Shown: piece after piece, positions 13,611-27,042 of the stretch
Numbering within the stretch: position 1 is the stretch's first letter
Layout: each line of letters starts with the position of its first letter
DNA from: Mobula hypostoma
Taxonomy: Eukaryota
Assembly (NCBI RefSeq): GCF_963921235.1
Contig: NC_086097.1
Location: 243,228,001 to 243,292,000 of the forward strand
Direction of reading: 5' to 3'
DNA length: 64,000 nt
The notes under the pieces: model-generated
The model's input: only the letters and a program-made list of their open reading frames with translations
What the model was told of the DNA's origin: nothing
Database searches by the model: none
Position numbers and translations under genes: made by a program

Positions 13611-14112
13611 TTAGACCGGTGTGAAGCAGGTTAGTTTTACCCTACTGATGATGCGTTGTCCTGGTCAGCTCGGGCAGATGAGGCACATCAGCTGTGGTTG
13701 GCAGCTCATCTAGGAGAAGGAAAACTCTGATCTCAAACCTTCTCTGCTTTGCAGATAGACCCACTCATAAGGAAGGCTTTGGGAGTGAACCCCGAGGGAA
13801 AAATTCGGATCTGGCTGGAGTCCAAAGGCAGTCCTACATTGAGTTCAATGCTGCCTGGCAACTCCTGCGATGCTACCGGCACCAAACTGTATCGGTCCCT
13901 GCCGTTCCTTTGGGTTCATCGGATGCGTGGAGAGGGAGAGCTTGCTACATGGGCAACAGATTGCTCTCTATATCGTACTGCCCAGCCTTACGTGTCTAGA
14001 CAGCTTGCACGCACTATCTATGGTCAACTCTGACTGACGGAGACCCTCACTTCACCTCAGCTCACAAGAGGAACCGCATGTTCAGACATTTGGTGTACGT
14101 GCTTGGCTGAGG
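13611..14112 (+). pseudogene. 28S rRNA 3'-region fragment (13611-13659 plus 14056-14112), split by an RTE-like insert
   Basis: ttagacc..gtga..caggttagttttaccctactgatgatg and gaggaaccgca.gttcagacatttggtgta.gtgcttggctgagg match consecutive conserved LSU rRNA segments around the sarcin-ricin loop. Confidence 0.85.
13660..14055 (+). mobile_element. RTE-like non-autonomous element, 5'-truncated copy
   Basis: Aligns by eye to 4385-4770. Confidence 0.65.
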
Positions 14113-14817
14113 GTTTGGTGGTGCATTCACAGGGCCCTTAGTATTATTAAGGATTCCACCCACCCATCCAGCATCCTCTTTGACTTTCTACCATCAAGCA
14201 GGAGACTCTGATGCATAAAGACAAGAACGGTTGGGAATCAGGATGGGAAACAGTTTCTTCCCTCAGGCCATTAGGATTCTGAACTCCCTGCTGCATCGTA
14301 TTAGAAGTACTACCGGTTTAATCTGTTTTATCCTTACTTTCATAAGTTATTGTGTATTGTGTACTACTATGCTTTAAACCCTGGTTTGGAGAAATGTTGT
14401 CTCATTTGACAGTATACATGTATATAGTTAAATGACAATAAACTTACTTTGACTTGTCTTGTCTTGAAATGCATGAAGCAGGCAGCCTCCCTAGTATTAT
14501 AATGCATTGGTATCATTTCAATGGTACCTTTAAGTTAATTTCCCAAGCCTGAATTTTTGACCAGTATATTATATTTAGCAATAATTTTCCTGCACTTAAT
14601 GGCTTTCAAAGCATTCTCCTGAAATCACCTTCTGCTGACAGCTTGTTTCACTCTTACCATCCTCCCAAGGACATTAACAATTCATCTAAAAGTCAAAAGT
14701 ACTTGTTTTTATGGTCATATAAATCCTGTCTGTGACAGATGTAATTCTGAGGTAGCTTCCTTGACACATATGTTCTGGTCTTGCCCTCTTTTGGAAAAAT
14801 ATTGGAAAGACATTTTT

Positions 14818-17800
14818 CTTTCTTTCTTTCTTTTTAAATGTTTTTATTGAATTAGTACACAAAAGGTAAACCATATAGGCACTAATACACTGTTGCAATA
14901 TAACTTTACAAGAGATATTAATACACAAAAAAATTAGTACAAACAGTGCAGTTTAGATATAAAATAACAAGGTAATATAATAGTATGCTAATTTTCATAC
15001 ATATCAATAAGGAAAAGAAAAAAAACCCAAAAAACCCGCCCAAAAAAAACCCACCGTGCAACTAATCTAAAAAGCAAAGCAAAGCGATGGGCTAACTAGG
15101 AATCAAGTAGAGTTAAACAACTTAAAACAATCACGTCCTCAAACCCGACCTCCATTAAAAACAGTTAAAAAGCAAGAAGGGAATGTAAATATAGACCAAG
15201 AGAGAAAAAAAAATTACATTAAATGAAAATGTTGAATAAAAGATCTCTAGGTCTGTTCAAATTTCGCTGAAGAATCATAAAGATTACTTCTAATTTTCTC
15301 CAAATTTAAACATAGTATCGTCTGGGAAAACCAAAAGAACGTAGTTGGAACATTAATCTCCTTCCAATGTTGTAAAATACATCTTTTTGCCATTAAAGTA
15401 AGAAATGCAATTATGCTACAGGCTGAAGGGGAAAGATTACTGGAAATTTTAGGTAATCCAAAGATAGTTGAGAAAAAGGACTGCAAAGGTAGTAATCTCG
15501 GGATTACTGCCTGTGCCACGCGACAGTGAGAGTAGGAATGCGATGAGGTGGAGGATAAATGTGTGGCTGAGGGATTGGAGCAGGAGGCAGGGATTCAAGT
15601 TTTTGGATCATTGGGACCTCCTTTGGCACAGGCGTGACCTGTACAAAAAGGACGGGTAACACTTGAATCCTAGGGGGACCAATATCCTGGCAGGGAGATT
15701 AGCGAGGGCTACTGAGGTGACTTTAAACTAGAATGGTTGGGGGGTGGGAATCAAATTAAAGAGGCTAGGCGAGAGGAGGTTAGTTCACAACAGGGGGATG
15801 GGAACCAGTGCAGAGAGACAGAGGGGTGTAAAGTGAGGGTAGAAGCAAAAAGTAGTAAGGAAAAAAGTAAAAGTGGCAGGCCGACAAATCCAGGGCAGGC
15901 ATCAAAAAGGGCCACTTTTCAACATAATTGTATAAGGGCTAAGAGAGTTGTAAAAGAGCGCCTGAAGGCTTTGTGTGTCAATGCAAGGAGCATTCGTAAC
16001 AAGGTGGATGAATTGAAAGTGCAGATTGTTATTAATGATTATGATATAGTTAGGATCACAGAGACATGGCTCCAGGGTGACCAAGGATGGGAGCTCAACG
16101 TTCAGGGATATTCAATATTCAGGAGGGATAGACATGAAGGAAGGGGAGGTGGGGTGGCGTTGCTGGTTAAAGAAGAGATTAACGCAATAGAAAGGAAGGA
16201 CATAAGCCGGGAAGATGTGGAATCGATATGGGTAGAGCTGCATAACACTAAGGGGCAGAAAACGCTGGTGGGAGTTGTGTACACGCCACCTAACAGTAGT
16301 AGTGAGGTCGGAGATGGTATTAAACAGGAAATTAGAAATGTGTGCAATAAAGGAACAGCAGTTATAATGGGTGACTTCAATCTACATGTGGATTGGGTGA
16401 ACCAAATTGGTAAAGGTGCTGAGGAAGAGGATTTCTTGGAATATATGCGGGATGGTTTTTTGAACCAACATGTCGAGGAACCAACTAGAGAGCAGGCTAT
16501 ACTAGACTGGGTTTTGAGCAATGAGGAAGGGTTAATTAGCAATCTTGTCGAGAGAGGCCCCTTGGGTAAGAGTGACCATAATATGGTGGAATTCTTCATT
16601 AAGATGGAGAGTGACATAGTTAATTCAGAAACAAAGGTTCTGAACTTAAAGAAGGGTAACTTTGAAGGTATGAGACGTGAATTAGCTAAGATAGACTGGC
16701 AAATGACACTTAAAGGATTGACGGTGGATATGCAATGGCAAGCATTTAAAGATTGCGTGGATGAACTACAACAATTGTTCATCCCAGTTTGGCAAAAGAA
16801 TTAATCAAGGAAGGTAGTGCACCCGTGGCTGACAAGAGAAATTAGGGATAGTATCATTTCCAAAGAAGAAGCATACAAATTAGCCAGAAAAAGTGGCTCA
16901 CCTGAGGACTGGGAGAAATTCAGAGTTCAGCAGAGGAGGGCAAAGGGCTTAATTAGGAAGGGGAAAAAAGATTATGAGAGAAAACTGGCAGGGAACATAA
17001 AAACGGACTGTAAAAGCTTTTATAGATATGTAAAAAGGAAAAGACTGGTAAAGACAAATGTAAGTCCCCTACAGACAGAAACAGGTGAATTGATTATGGG
17101 GAGCAAGGACATGGCAGACCAATTGAATAATTACTTTGGTTCTGTCTTCACTAAGGAGGACATAAATAATCTTCCAGAAATAGTAGGGGACAGAGGGTCC
17201 AGTGAGATGGAGGAACTGAGCGAAATACATGTTAGTAGGGAAGTGGTGTTAGGTAAATTGAAGGGATTGAAGGCAGATAAATCCCCCGGGCCAGATGGTC
17301 TGCATCCCAGAGTGCTTAAGGAAGTAGCCCAAGAAATAGTGGATGCATTAGTGATAATTTTTCAAAACTCGTTAGATTCTGGACTAGTTCCTGAGGATTG
17401 GAGGGTGGCTAATGTAAGACCACTTTTTAAAAAAGGAGGGAGAGAGAAACCGGGGAATTATAGACCGGTTAGCCTAACGTCGATGGTAGGGAAACTGCTG
17501 GAGTCAGTTATCAAAGATGTGATAACAGCACATTTGGAAGGCGGTGAAATCATCGGACAAAGTCAGCATAGATTTGTGAAAGGAAAGTCATGTCTGACGA
17601 ATCTCATAGAATTTTTTGAGGATGCAACTAGTAGAGTGGATACGGGAGAACCAGTGAATGTGGTATATTTGGATTTTCAAAAGGCTTTTGACAAGGTCCC
17701 ACACAGGAGGTTAGTGTGCAAACTTAAAGCACACGGTATTAGGGGTAAGGTATTGATGTGGATAGAGAATTGGTTAGCAGACAGGAAGCAAAGAGTGGGA

Positions 17801-19993
17801 ATAAACGGGACCTTTTCAGAATGGCAGGCGGTGACTAGTGGGGTACCGCAAGGCTCAGTGCTGGGACCCCAGTTGTTTACAATATATATTAATGACTTGG
17901 ATGAGGGAATTAAATGCAGCATCTCCAAGTTTGCAGATGACATGAAGCTGGGCGGCAGTGTTAGCTGTGAGGAGGATACTAAGAGGATGCAGGGTGACTT
18001 GGATAGGTTGGGTGAGTGGGCAAATTCATGGCAGATGCAATTTAATGGGGATAAATGTGAAGTTATCCACTTTGGTGGCAAAAATAGGAAAACAGATTAT
18101 TATCTGAATGGTGACCGATTAGGAAAAGGGGAGGTGCAATGAGACCTGGGTGTCATTATACACTAGTCATTGAAAGTGGGCATGCAGGTACAGCAGGCAG
18201 TGAAAAAGGCGAATGATATGCTGGCATTTATAGCAAGAGGATTCGAGTACAGGAGCAGGGAGGTACTACTGCAGTTGTACAAGGCCTTGGTGAGACCACA
18301 CCTGGAGTATTGTGTGCAGTTTTGGTCCCCTAATCTGAGGAAAGACATCCTTGCCATAGAGGGAGTACAAAGAAGGTTCACCAGATTGATTCCTGGGATG
18401 GCAGGACTTTCATATGAAGAAAGACTGGATGAACTAGGCTAGTACTGGTTGGAATTTAGAAGATTGAGGGGGGATCTGATTGAAACGTATAAAATCCTAA
18501 AGGGATTGGACAGGCTAGATGCAGGAAGATTGTTCCCGATGTTGGGGAAGTCCAGAACGAGGGGTCACAGTTTGAGGATAAAGGGGAAGCCTTTTAGGAC
18601 TGAGATTAGGAAAAACTTCTTCACACAGAGAGTGGTGAATCTGTAGAATTCTCTGCCACAGGAAACAGTTGAGTCCGGTTCATTGGCTATATTTAAGAGG
18701 GAGTTAGATATGGCCCTTGTGGCTACGGGGATCAGGGGGTATGGAGGGAAGGCTGGTGTAGGGTTCTGAGTTGGATGATCAGCCATGATCATAATAAATG
18801 GCGGTGCAGGCTCGAAGGGCCGAATGGCCTACTCCTGCACCCATTTTCTATGTTTCTATAGCAGTAATAGGATGGGGCAAGATACCTATATTCAATACCT
18901 TTGAAATAATATTAAAAATGTCTTTCCAAAAAGTTTCCAGAGTAGGACAGGACAAAAACATATGAGTTAAGGAGGCTACCTCCCCATGACATCTGTCACA
19001 AAGAGGATTAATATGAGAATAAAAACGAACTAATTCATCTTTGGACATATGTGCTCTATGGACAACTTTAAATTGAATTAGGGAGTGTTTAGAACAGATA
19101 GAGAAAGTATTGACTAGTTGTAAAATATACGCCCAGTCATCCACCGAAATAATAAAGCTCAATTCCTTTTCCCAATCTGACCTAATCTTATCGAATGGAG
19201 CTTTCCTAAATTTCATAATAGTATTATAAATAATAGCCGTTACACCTTTCTGACATGCATTAAGGTTAATTATAGTATCTAAAATATATGTAGGAGGTAA
19301 CGTTGGAAAGGAAGAGAATATAGTACTTAGGAAATTTCTAACTTGGAGATATCTAAAAAAATGTATTCTTGGTAAGTTATATTTGTTAGATAATTGTTCT
19401 AAAGACATAAAGGACCCATCTAAAAATAAATCCAAAAACTGTGAAATACCAATAGTCTTCCAAATTTGAAAAGCATGGTCCGTGGAAGAGCGGGGAAAGA
19501 ATATGTTGCCTAAAATAGGAATCGCAAGCCCAAATTGATTAAGATCGAAAAATTTTCAGAATTGAAACCAAATACGTAAGGGATATTTAACTATCGGGTT
19601 TCAAACCTGTTTGTAGCGTTTCAAATCAAAAGGAAGAGAAGAACCTAAAATGGAGCCAAGTGCATAACCTTGAGCAGATTGTAATTCCAATACTACCCAT
19701 TTAGGAATGGATAGTGTATCTTGATCAAGTAACCAAAATTTCATGTGTCGAATAGTAATTGCCCAATAATAGAAGCTAAAGTTAGGTAATGCCAAACCTC
19801 CATCTCTCTTAGCTTTCTGTAGATGTATTTTACCCAGTCTCGGGTTTTTATTTTGCCAAATAAATGAAGAAATTTTAGAGTCAGCTTTGTCAAAAAAGGA
19901 TTTTGGAACAAAAATCGGTAGTGCCTGAAATACATATAAAAATTTTGGCAGAATAAACATCTTAACCGCATTAATATGACCAAAGTTAAATAT
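14818..19993 (-). mobile_element. L1/Tx1-like LINE 3' part (inner element; segments 19993-18858 and 15467-14818)
   Basis: ORFs 19601..19960 (ILPKFLYVFQ...GGLALPN), 18848..19435 (CDRC...THMFLSC) and 15247..15519; AATAAA and A-rich tail on minus; TSD AAGACATTTTT at 14807-14817 and 19994-20004. Confidence 0.88.
15468..18859 (+). mobile_element. Young CR1 LINE: end of esterase-type ORF1 plus full-span ORF2 (APE endonuclease and RT) with four premature stops
   Basis: ORF1 ...VVISGLLPVPR...DLYKKDG*HLN (SGNH DxxH motif); ORF2 NARSI, ITETWL, GDFN, SDHN and RT motifs; stops near 16802, 18140, 18440 and 18644; TTTCTATG tail. Confidence 0.95.
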
Positions 19994-21199
19994 AAGACAT
20001 TTTTGATATTATTTCAGTTGTTTTGCGTATTGATTTACAACCTCATCCTATTACTGCAATTTTTGGATTACCAATGATAGATGTCACTCATTTATCCCCT
20101 TCAGCTTGTCATTTGATTGTATTTGTTACATTAATAGCCAGAAGATCCATTTTATTTAAATGGAAAGATTCCAATCCCCCTTCTAGATTTCAATGTTTTT
20201 CTCAAACTATTACATGTTTAAATTTGGAAAAAATTAGGAGTGGTACCACTGATCCTTCGGTTAAATTTGAAGAAACTTGGAGGCCATTTATTCAACATTT
20301 TCATATGATATAAGTTGACCCTTTCCGAATCCTTTTTAATAACTTTTTGTTTATATATAGAGGAGCGGATTTAATGCCAAATAATGATCTTAACCGATGA
20401 AATATTGCAGCCTAGTCTTTGTTTTGTTTTGTTTTGTTTTGTTTTGTCTCTTTTTTAGTGCAGCGAGTAAAAAATTTTTTCTTTGATTCTTCTTCATGTT
20501 CATTTATTAAGAGATTAGGAGGTTTAAATTAAATACGTTACTCGGAGTCTGTGCCTGTATACGTTAAGCGTTACTAATGTAATCCTGATCTCTTTGTATC
20601 ATGATCATTGTTATGTTTATCAATTTGAAACTCAATAAAAAAGATTGAAAAAGAAAGAAAAAGAAAGAAAAGTCAAAAAGTAAAAAGTTTGCCTCAGAAG
20701 GGCCCTGGAATATTATCGGAGAATCCTGTGGCCAGTTCTCTGGAGTGGAACGGAAACAAACACCATTTCTACTCCAAAGAGGGAATGCTCCCAATGTAAA
20801 GACATTTGGAGAGATGACTGTGTGTTGTGGGAAAGAGGGAACACATTACAAATGTAATCAAGAAGCCAACGAAGTCCCAAAGGTTGTGGTGAGTAGGGTA
20901 AGAGGGGGGAAAATGTATGTAGTATAAAATTCCAGAAGAGCATAGCCAAAGTAAAATTGGAAGAGAGATGGTGCACAAGCATGCATAATCACTAAATTGC
21001 TACATAACATCTTGCCAATAGCTAAGTCAGCCAGCGCAAACTCTAGGAATGCATAGATGTATCAGCTATCTGGCAGTTAGCTCCCCATCGATGTATTCAC
21101 AGGAATGTATTACCATACTAGAAAATCATTGAAAGCAGATGAATTAGTCTAATTTACTCTTGAAAAACTGTACAGAAACCTATTAATGTGCACGTGCTG

Positions 21200-23370
21200 T
21201 AGAATCATAGTCATGAAACACTACAGGACAGAAAAAGGCCTTTCAGCCAATCTAGTCCATGCCGAACTATTTATCTGCCTAACGCATGGACCTGTATCTG
21301 GACTATATCCCTCCATACCCCTGCCATCCATGTATCTATCCTAATTTTTCTTAAATGTTGAAGCCAAACTCAAATCCACCACTTCTGCTGGCAGCTCGTT
21401 CCACTCTCACCACCCTCTGAGAGAAGGAGATCCCCTCACGTCACTCTTAAACATTTCACCTTTCACCCTTAACCCATGACCTCTAGTTCTAATCTCACCC
21501 AACCTCAGTGAAAAGAGCCTGGTTGCATTTACCCTATCTATACCCCTCATGATTTTGCATACCACTGTCAAATCTCCCCTTGTTCCCCTGCACTCCAGGG
21601 AACACAGTCCTAATCTACTCAGCCTTTCCCTAGAACTCAGGTCCCCAAGACGAGGCAACATCTTTGTAAATTTCCTCTGTACCCTTTCAAACATATTGAC
21701 AACTTTCCTGTAGGTAGGTGACCTAAACTGTGCACAATTCTCCAAATTAGGCCTCACCAACATCTTGTACAACTTAACCTAACATCCCAGCTCCTATACT
21801 GAATATATTAATTTATGAAGGACAATATCCCGAAAGCTTTTTTTACAACCCTATCTATCTGTGACGCCACTTTCAATGAGTTATGGTTGTGCATTCCCAG
21901 ATTCCTCTGTTCTACCACACTCCTCACTGCCCTGTGTAAATCCTACCTTGGTTTGTCCTCCCAACATGCAACACCTCACACTGTCTGCATTAAATTCCAT
22001 CTGCCATTTTTCAGCCCAATATTCCAGCTTGTCCAGATCCCACTGCAAGCTTTAATAGTCTTCCTCATTGTCCGCTACTTCCCATTGTTGGTGTCATCTG
22101 CAGATTTGCAGATACAGTTTACCACATTATCATCCACATGATTGATGTAGATGACAAACAACAACGGACCAAACACCGATCCCTGCGGTACACCATTAGT
22201 CACAGGCCTCCAGTCAGAGTGGCAACCATTTACTCTCTCTGGCTTCTCCCATGAAGCCAATGTCTAATCCACTTAACTACCTGATCCTGAATGCCAAATG
22301 ATTGAACCTCCTTCCCCAACCTCTCATGTGGGACCTTGACAAAGACCTTGTTAAATTGGACAACATCCACTACTTTGCCTTCATTAACTTCCCTGGTAAA
22401 TTTTTTGAAAAGTTCTATAAGATTGGTTAGGCATGACTTTCCATAATGCCATGTTGTCCATCCATAATCAGTCCCCGTCATCCAGTCTTTTAGAATATCT
22501 TTCAATAACTTATCCACTACTGACATCAGGCTCATCAGCCTATAATTTCCTGACTTATTCTTTTTTTATATATATAATTTTTATTAAATTTTCAAAAAGA
22601 ATACATGAAAAGATAAAAACTACCCCCCCTCCCCCCCCATATGTAGTCCTACCTAAAAGAAAGAAAGAAAAAAAAAGGAGCCGCCTGGATATTGGAAGGT
22701 TTCTACATGCTCCATGGGATTCAAAATAAATTTGGTATAATTATTCGTTACTTTCCCCAAGTAACCAAATTCTTTGTTGGAGCACTTAAATATGACATCC
22801 TATCTTTTGTAAATAAGGGCGCCAAATATTCAAGAATGTTACATAATTATCTCTTAAATTATAAGTAATTTTTTCAAGTGGAATAGAACTAGCCATTTCA
22901 TTATTCCAACGATCCATACTTAAATACGAATCAGATTTCCAAGTAACCGCTATAGTCTTCTTAGCTACTGCCAATGCAATTTTTATAAATTCTTTCTGAT
23001 ATTTATTCAATTTAAGTTTCGGTTTTATCCCTTCAATATCACCTAATAGAAATATTACAGGGTTATGTGGAAGTTGAATTCCAGTAATTTGTTCCAATAA
23101 GATTCTTAAAGCCTTTCTTAAACAACGGAACAATATTAGCTATCCTCCAGTGGTTAAGGACATTTTAAATACCTCTGCAATTTCTGCGCTAGCCTCCAAC
23201 AGGTCTGAGGTAACACCCTGTCAGGTGCTGGGATTTAATTTTTATCAAGACTGCAAAAATCTCCTCCTCTGTAATCGGTGTAGGGTCCATGACCTCACTG
23301 CCCCTTTGCCTCACATCTATAGCTCCCGAGTAAATATACAAATGCAAAAAATCTATTTAAAATCTGCCCT
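21200..23370 (-). mobile_element. Old CR1 LINE, degraded, interrupted by an L1-like fragment
   Basis: ORFs 21407..21772, 22075..22260 and 22230..22535 give CR1 RT/C-terminal peptides; sequence resumes at ~23102. Confidence 0.85.
22560..23101 (-). mobile_element. L1-like 3' fragment with poly(A) tail
   Basis: Peptide ...IALAVAKKTIAVTWKS...IPLEKITY...IWRPYL; AATAAA and A-rich tail on minus; candidate TSD ATTCTT. Confidence 0.75.
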
Positions 23371-23859
23371 ATCTCTTTCACCCATATTGTATATTGATGT
23401 ATGTTAACGTGTATTAATGTTGGAAACAGGATTAATCTCATTTGCTATCTCAAGTCTGTTGTACCATTCAATGAGATCAAAACAGATGCATAACCCACAT
23501 TTTCCCAATATTGCTATATATGTTTTGAAGGTAAAAAAACTATTGATCTTTAATGTAAAATCACTCAACGACCTCACATCAATTGACACTTAGACAAGGT
23601 AAGTATAAGCTCCTCAACGCCCTCTCCAAGTAGAAACACATCCCAACTCAACTCCTGAAAGGTTTGACTCTCAGGATTTCCAAGTAGATGTTAATGCCAT
23701 CAGTACTCATAAATTTCGACTGTCTGAACCATTGACCCCTCATACTTGGTTAGGTCACATTTGGAGTATTGTATTCAATTCTGGTTGCCTCATTATGGGA
23801 AGGCTGTGGAAGCTTAGAGAGGATGCAGAGGAGGATAGTGAATGGACTAGAGAGCATGT

Positions 23860-24635
23860 CATAGAACCATAGAACACTACAACACAGAAAACAGGCCATT
23901 TGGCCCTTCTAGTCTGTGCCCAAACTTTATTCCCCTACCCATTGACCTGCACCCAGTCTATAACACTCCAGACCTCTCCCGTCCATGTATCTATCCAATT
24001 TATTCTTAAAACTTAATAGTGAGCCTGCATTTACCACGTCAGATGGCAGCTCGTTCCACACTCCCACCACTCTCTGAGTGAAGAAGTTCCCCCTAAACTT
24101 TTCCCCTTTCACCCTAAGGCCATGTCCTCTCGTATTTACCTCTCCTAATCTAAGTGGAAAGAGCTTATTTTCATTTACTCTGTCTATACCCCTCATTATT
24201 TTGTAAGCCTCTATCAAATCTCCCCTCATTCTTCTATGCTCCAAGGAATAAAGTCCTAACCTGTTCAATCTTTCCCTGTAACTCAACTCCTGAAGACCCG
24301 GCAACATCTTAGTAAATCTTCTCTGCACTCTTTCAATCTTACTGATATCCTTCCTATAGTTAGGTGACCAGAACTGCACACAATACTCCAAATCTGGCCT
24401 CACCAATGTCTTATATAACCTGCCTATAATATCCCAACTCCTATACTCAATACTTTGATTTATGAATGCCAGGATGCCAAAAACCTTCTTTACAACCCTA
24501 TCTACCTGTGACTGCATTTTCTAGGAATTATGTATCTGAACTCCCAGGTCCCTTTGTTCCTCCGCACTCCTCTGTGCCCTACCATTTACTGTGTATGTTC
24601 TACCTTGATTTGTCCTACCAAAATGCAACACCTCT
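23860..24635 (-). mobile_element. CR1 LINE 3' fragment
   Basis: ORF 23927..24517; same subfamily as 52460-53430; sits inside an older + strand CR1 fragment (23745-24950). Confidence 0.9.
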
Positions 24636-25104
24636 TATATATCCTCATAAGGTGTCTTATGAGGATAGGGTGAGTGAGCTGGGGCTCTTCTTTCTGGAGT
24701 GAAGGAAGATGAGAGGTGACTTGATAGAGGTGTACAAGGTGATAAGGTGGGTGGACAGCCAGAGACTTTTTCCCCAGAGGTGGAAAGGGTTAATACAAGT
24801 GGCATAATGTTAAGGTGATTTAAGGAAAGTATAGGGACATTTAAGAGACTCTTAGATAGGCACATGGCTGAAAGAAGAATAGAGGGAAGGGAAGGGCCAG
24901 ATTGATCGTAATGCGGGTTAAAAATCTGGCACAACATGGTGGCTGAAGTATCTGCAAATGTTCTAACTTATCACTGAAACAGTCCTGGCTTCATCCTGTC
25001 ACAGATATTATCTTTGTCCTCTTCCTCCCTCATACCACCTTTTCCGTAACTCAAAACTAATTTACTTTCCTTGCTTGCCATTTAGATTGCAGGTCTTCAA
25101 CCTA

Positions 25105-25805
25105 AAACATAGAACTTAGAACAGTACAGTGCAGTACAGACCCTTTGGCCCACAATGTTGTACCGACCCTTAAACCCTGCCTCCCATATAACTGCCCATC
25201 TTAAATTCCTCCATATACCTGTCTAGTAGTCGCTTAAATTTCACTAGTGTATCTGCCTCCACTACTGACTCAGGCAGTGCATTCCACGCACCAACCACTC
25301 TCTGAGTAAAAAACCTTCCTCTAATATCCTCCTTGAACTTCCCACCCCTTACCTTAAAGCCATGTCCTCTTGTATTGAGCAGTGGTGCCCTGGGGAAGAG
25401 GCACTGGCTGTCCACTCCATCTATTCCTCTTAATATCTTGTATACCTCTATCATGTCTTCTCTCATCCTGCTCCTCTCCAGAGAATAAAGCCCTAGCTCC
25501 CTTAATCTCTGATCATAATGCATACTCTCTAAACCAGGCAGTATCCTGGTAAACCTCCTCTGTACCCTTTCCAATGCTTACACAATCTTCCTATAGTGAG
25601 GCGACCAGAACTGGACACAGTACTCCAAGTGTGGCCTCACCAGAGTTTTATAGAGCTGCATCATTACCTCGCGACTCTTAAACTCTGTCCCTCGACTTAT
25701 GAAAGCTAACACTCCATAAGCTTTCTTAACTATCCTGTCTACCTGTGAGGCAACTTTCAGAGATCTGTGGATATGTACCCCCAGATCCCTATGCCCCTCC
25801 ACACT
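25105..25805 (-). mobile_element. CR1 LINE 3' fragment
   Basis: ORFs 25170..25574 and 25578..25802; same subfamily as 1103-3228. Confidence 0.9.
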
Positions 25806-26009
25806 TCAAGCAGTTGCAATATCATATTCCATGCATTTGCAGTTTTTATTCCCACTTACCATGCAATCCTGTCCTGTGAATGAATGTATGTCTGCTTGCA
25901 GTGACAAGTCCCGATTTATGTCATATTAAGTAATGACTCATTTCTGCAAGCAGGTATGCTTTCAGTAGTTCAGTCTTTTGTGTATCTCCTGCACCTTAGA
26001 AAATGGCCA

Positions 26010-26517
26010 TGGAACGTATGTTTGTGTTCTTGTGCTGCTGTAGCCCATCCACTTCAAGTTTCGACATGTTGTGCATTCAGAGATGATCTTCCACACATCA
26101 CTGCATGCTTATTTGAGATACTGTCACATGCTTGTCAGCTTGAACCAGTCTGTCCAGTCTCCTCTGACTTGTCTCATCAACAAGGCATCTTCACTCACAG
26201 AACTGCCACTCACTGGACATTTTTGTTTCTCGCACCATTTTCTATAAACCTAGAGACAGTTGTGCATAGAAAACTGAGGAGATCAGCAGTTTCTGAGATA
26301 CTCAAACCACCCCATCTGGCACCAGCAATCATTCCACGATGAAAGTCACTTAGATCACATTCCATTCCAATTCTGATATTTGGTCTCAACAACAACTGAA
26401 CCTCTTGATCATGTCTGCAGGCGTTTATGCATTAAATTGCCACACATGATTGGCTGACCAGATATTTGCATTAACGAACAGGTATGCAAGTGTACCTAAT
26501 AAAGTGGCCACTCAGTG
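26010..26517 (-). mobile_element. Tc1-like non-autonomous DNA transposon fragment
   Basis: Terminus gtgtacctaataaagtggccactcagtg followed by TA; ORF 26210..26395 DLSDFHRGMIAGAR..GLSISETADLL resembles a Tc1 N-terminal HTH. Confidence 0.75.
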
Positions 26518-27042
26518 TACATTCATGTATTAATCTTAGAAGGAAGTTGGAACATTCTCACAGTTTTGTGGAAGTTGCAAACAGATATTTCTTGAGCTTA
26601 AACTAACCTTCATAGTATCCAGGACTTTTTCAAGGAGCAATGCCTCAGAAAGGCAGTGTCCATTATTAAGGACCCAGGTCACGCCTTGTTCTCATTGCTA
26701 CCATCAGGGAGGAGGTGCAGGAGCCTGAAGTCACACACTCAATGATTCAGGAACAGCTTCTTTCCCTCTGCCATCTGATTTCTGAATGGGCATTGAACCC
26801 ATGAACACTGCCTCACCACTTTTTAATTTCTATTTTGCACTACGTATTCAATGTAACTATTTTATATATATATATATAAATACATATTTACTATAATTTG
26901 CAGTCTTTCCTCTATTATTATGCACTGCATTGTACTGGTTCCTTGCGCAAAGTTGCCAAATTTCATGACATGTGCCAGTGATATTAAACCTGATTCTGAA
27001 AACATCTATGGCTTAATATAGAACAAGGAGAGGGTTTCAGAT

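Larger units (their letters stand above)
13513..14460 (+). mobile_element. Rex1/Babar-like LINE 3' end, interrupted at 13611-14123
   Basis: QKSLQRTVRMAERTLGDSLPSIRDIYQECC continues after the insert as IHRALSIIKDSTHPSSILFDFLPS; (GACTT)-type tail near 14450. Confidence 0.75.
14702..20667 (+). mobile_element. L1/Tx1-like LINE 3' fragment (outer element; segments 14702-14817 and 19994-20667)
   Basis: Frame HINPVCDRCNSEVASLTHMFWSCPLLEKYWKDIF continues as DIISVVLRIDLQPHPITAIFGLP (CCHC knuckle region); AATAAA plus A-rich tail; TSD AAAAGTCAAAA(A)GTA at 14688-14701 and 20668-20682. Confidence 0.85.

Noticed and set aside
14818..20667. L1 twin-priming inversion
   Set aside because: Two separate 3' tails and two TSD pairs show independent nested insertions.
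20695..20890. Open frame ending at GTGAGT
   Set aside because: Acceptor lacks a pyrimidine tract and the peptide is unrecognisable.
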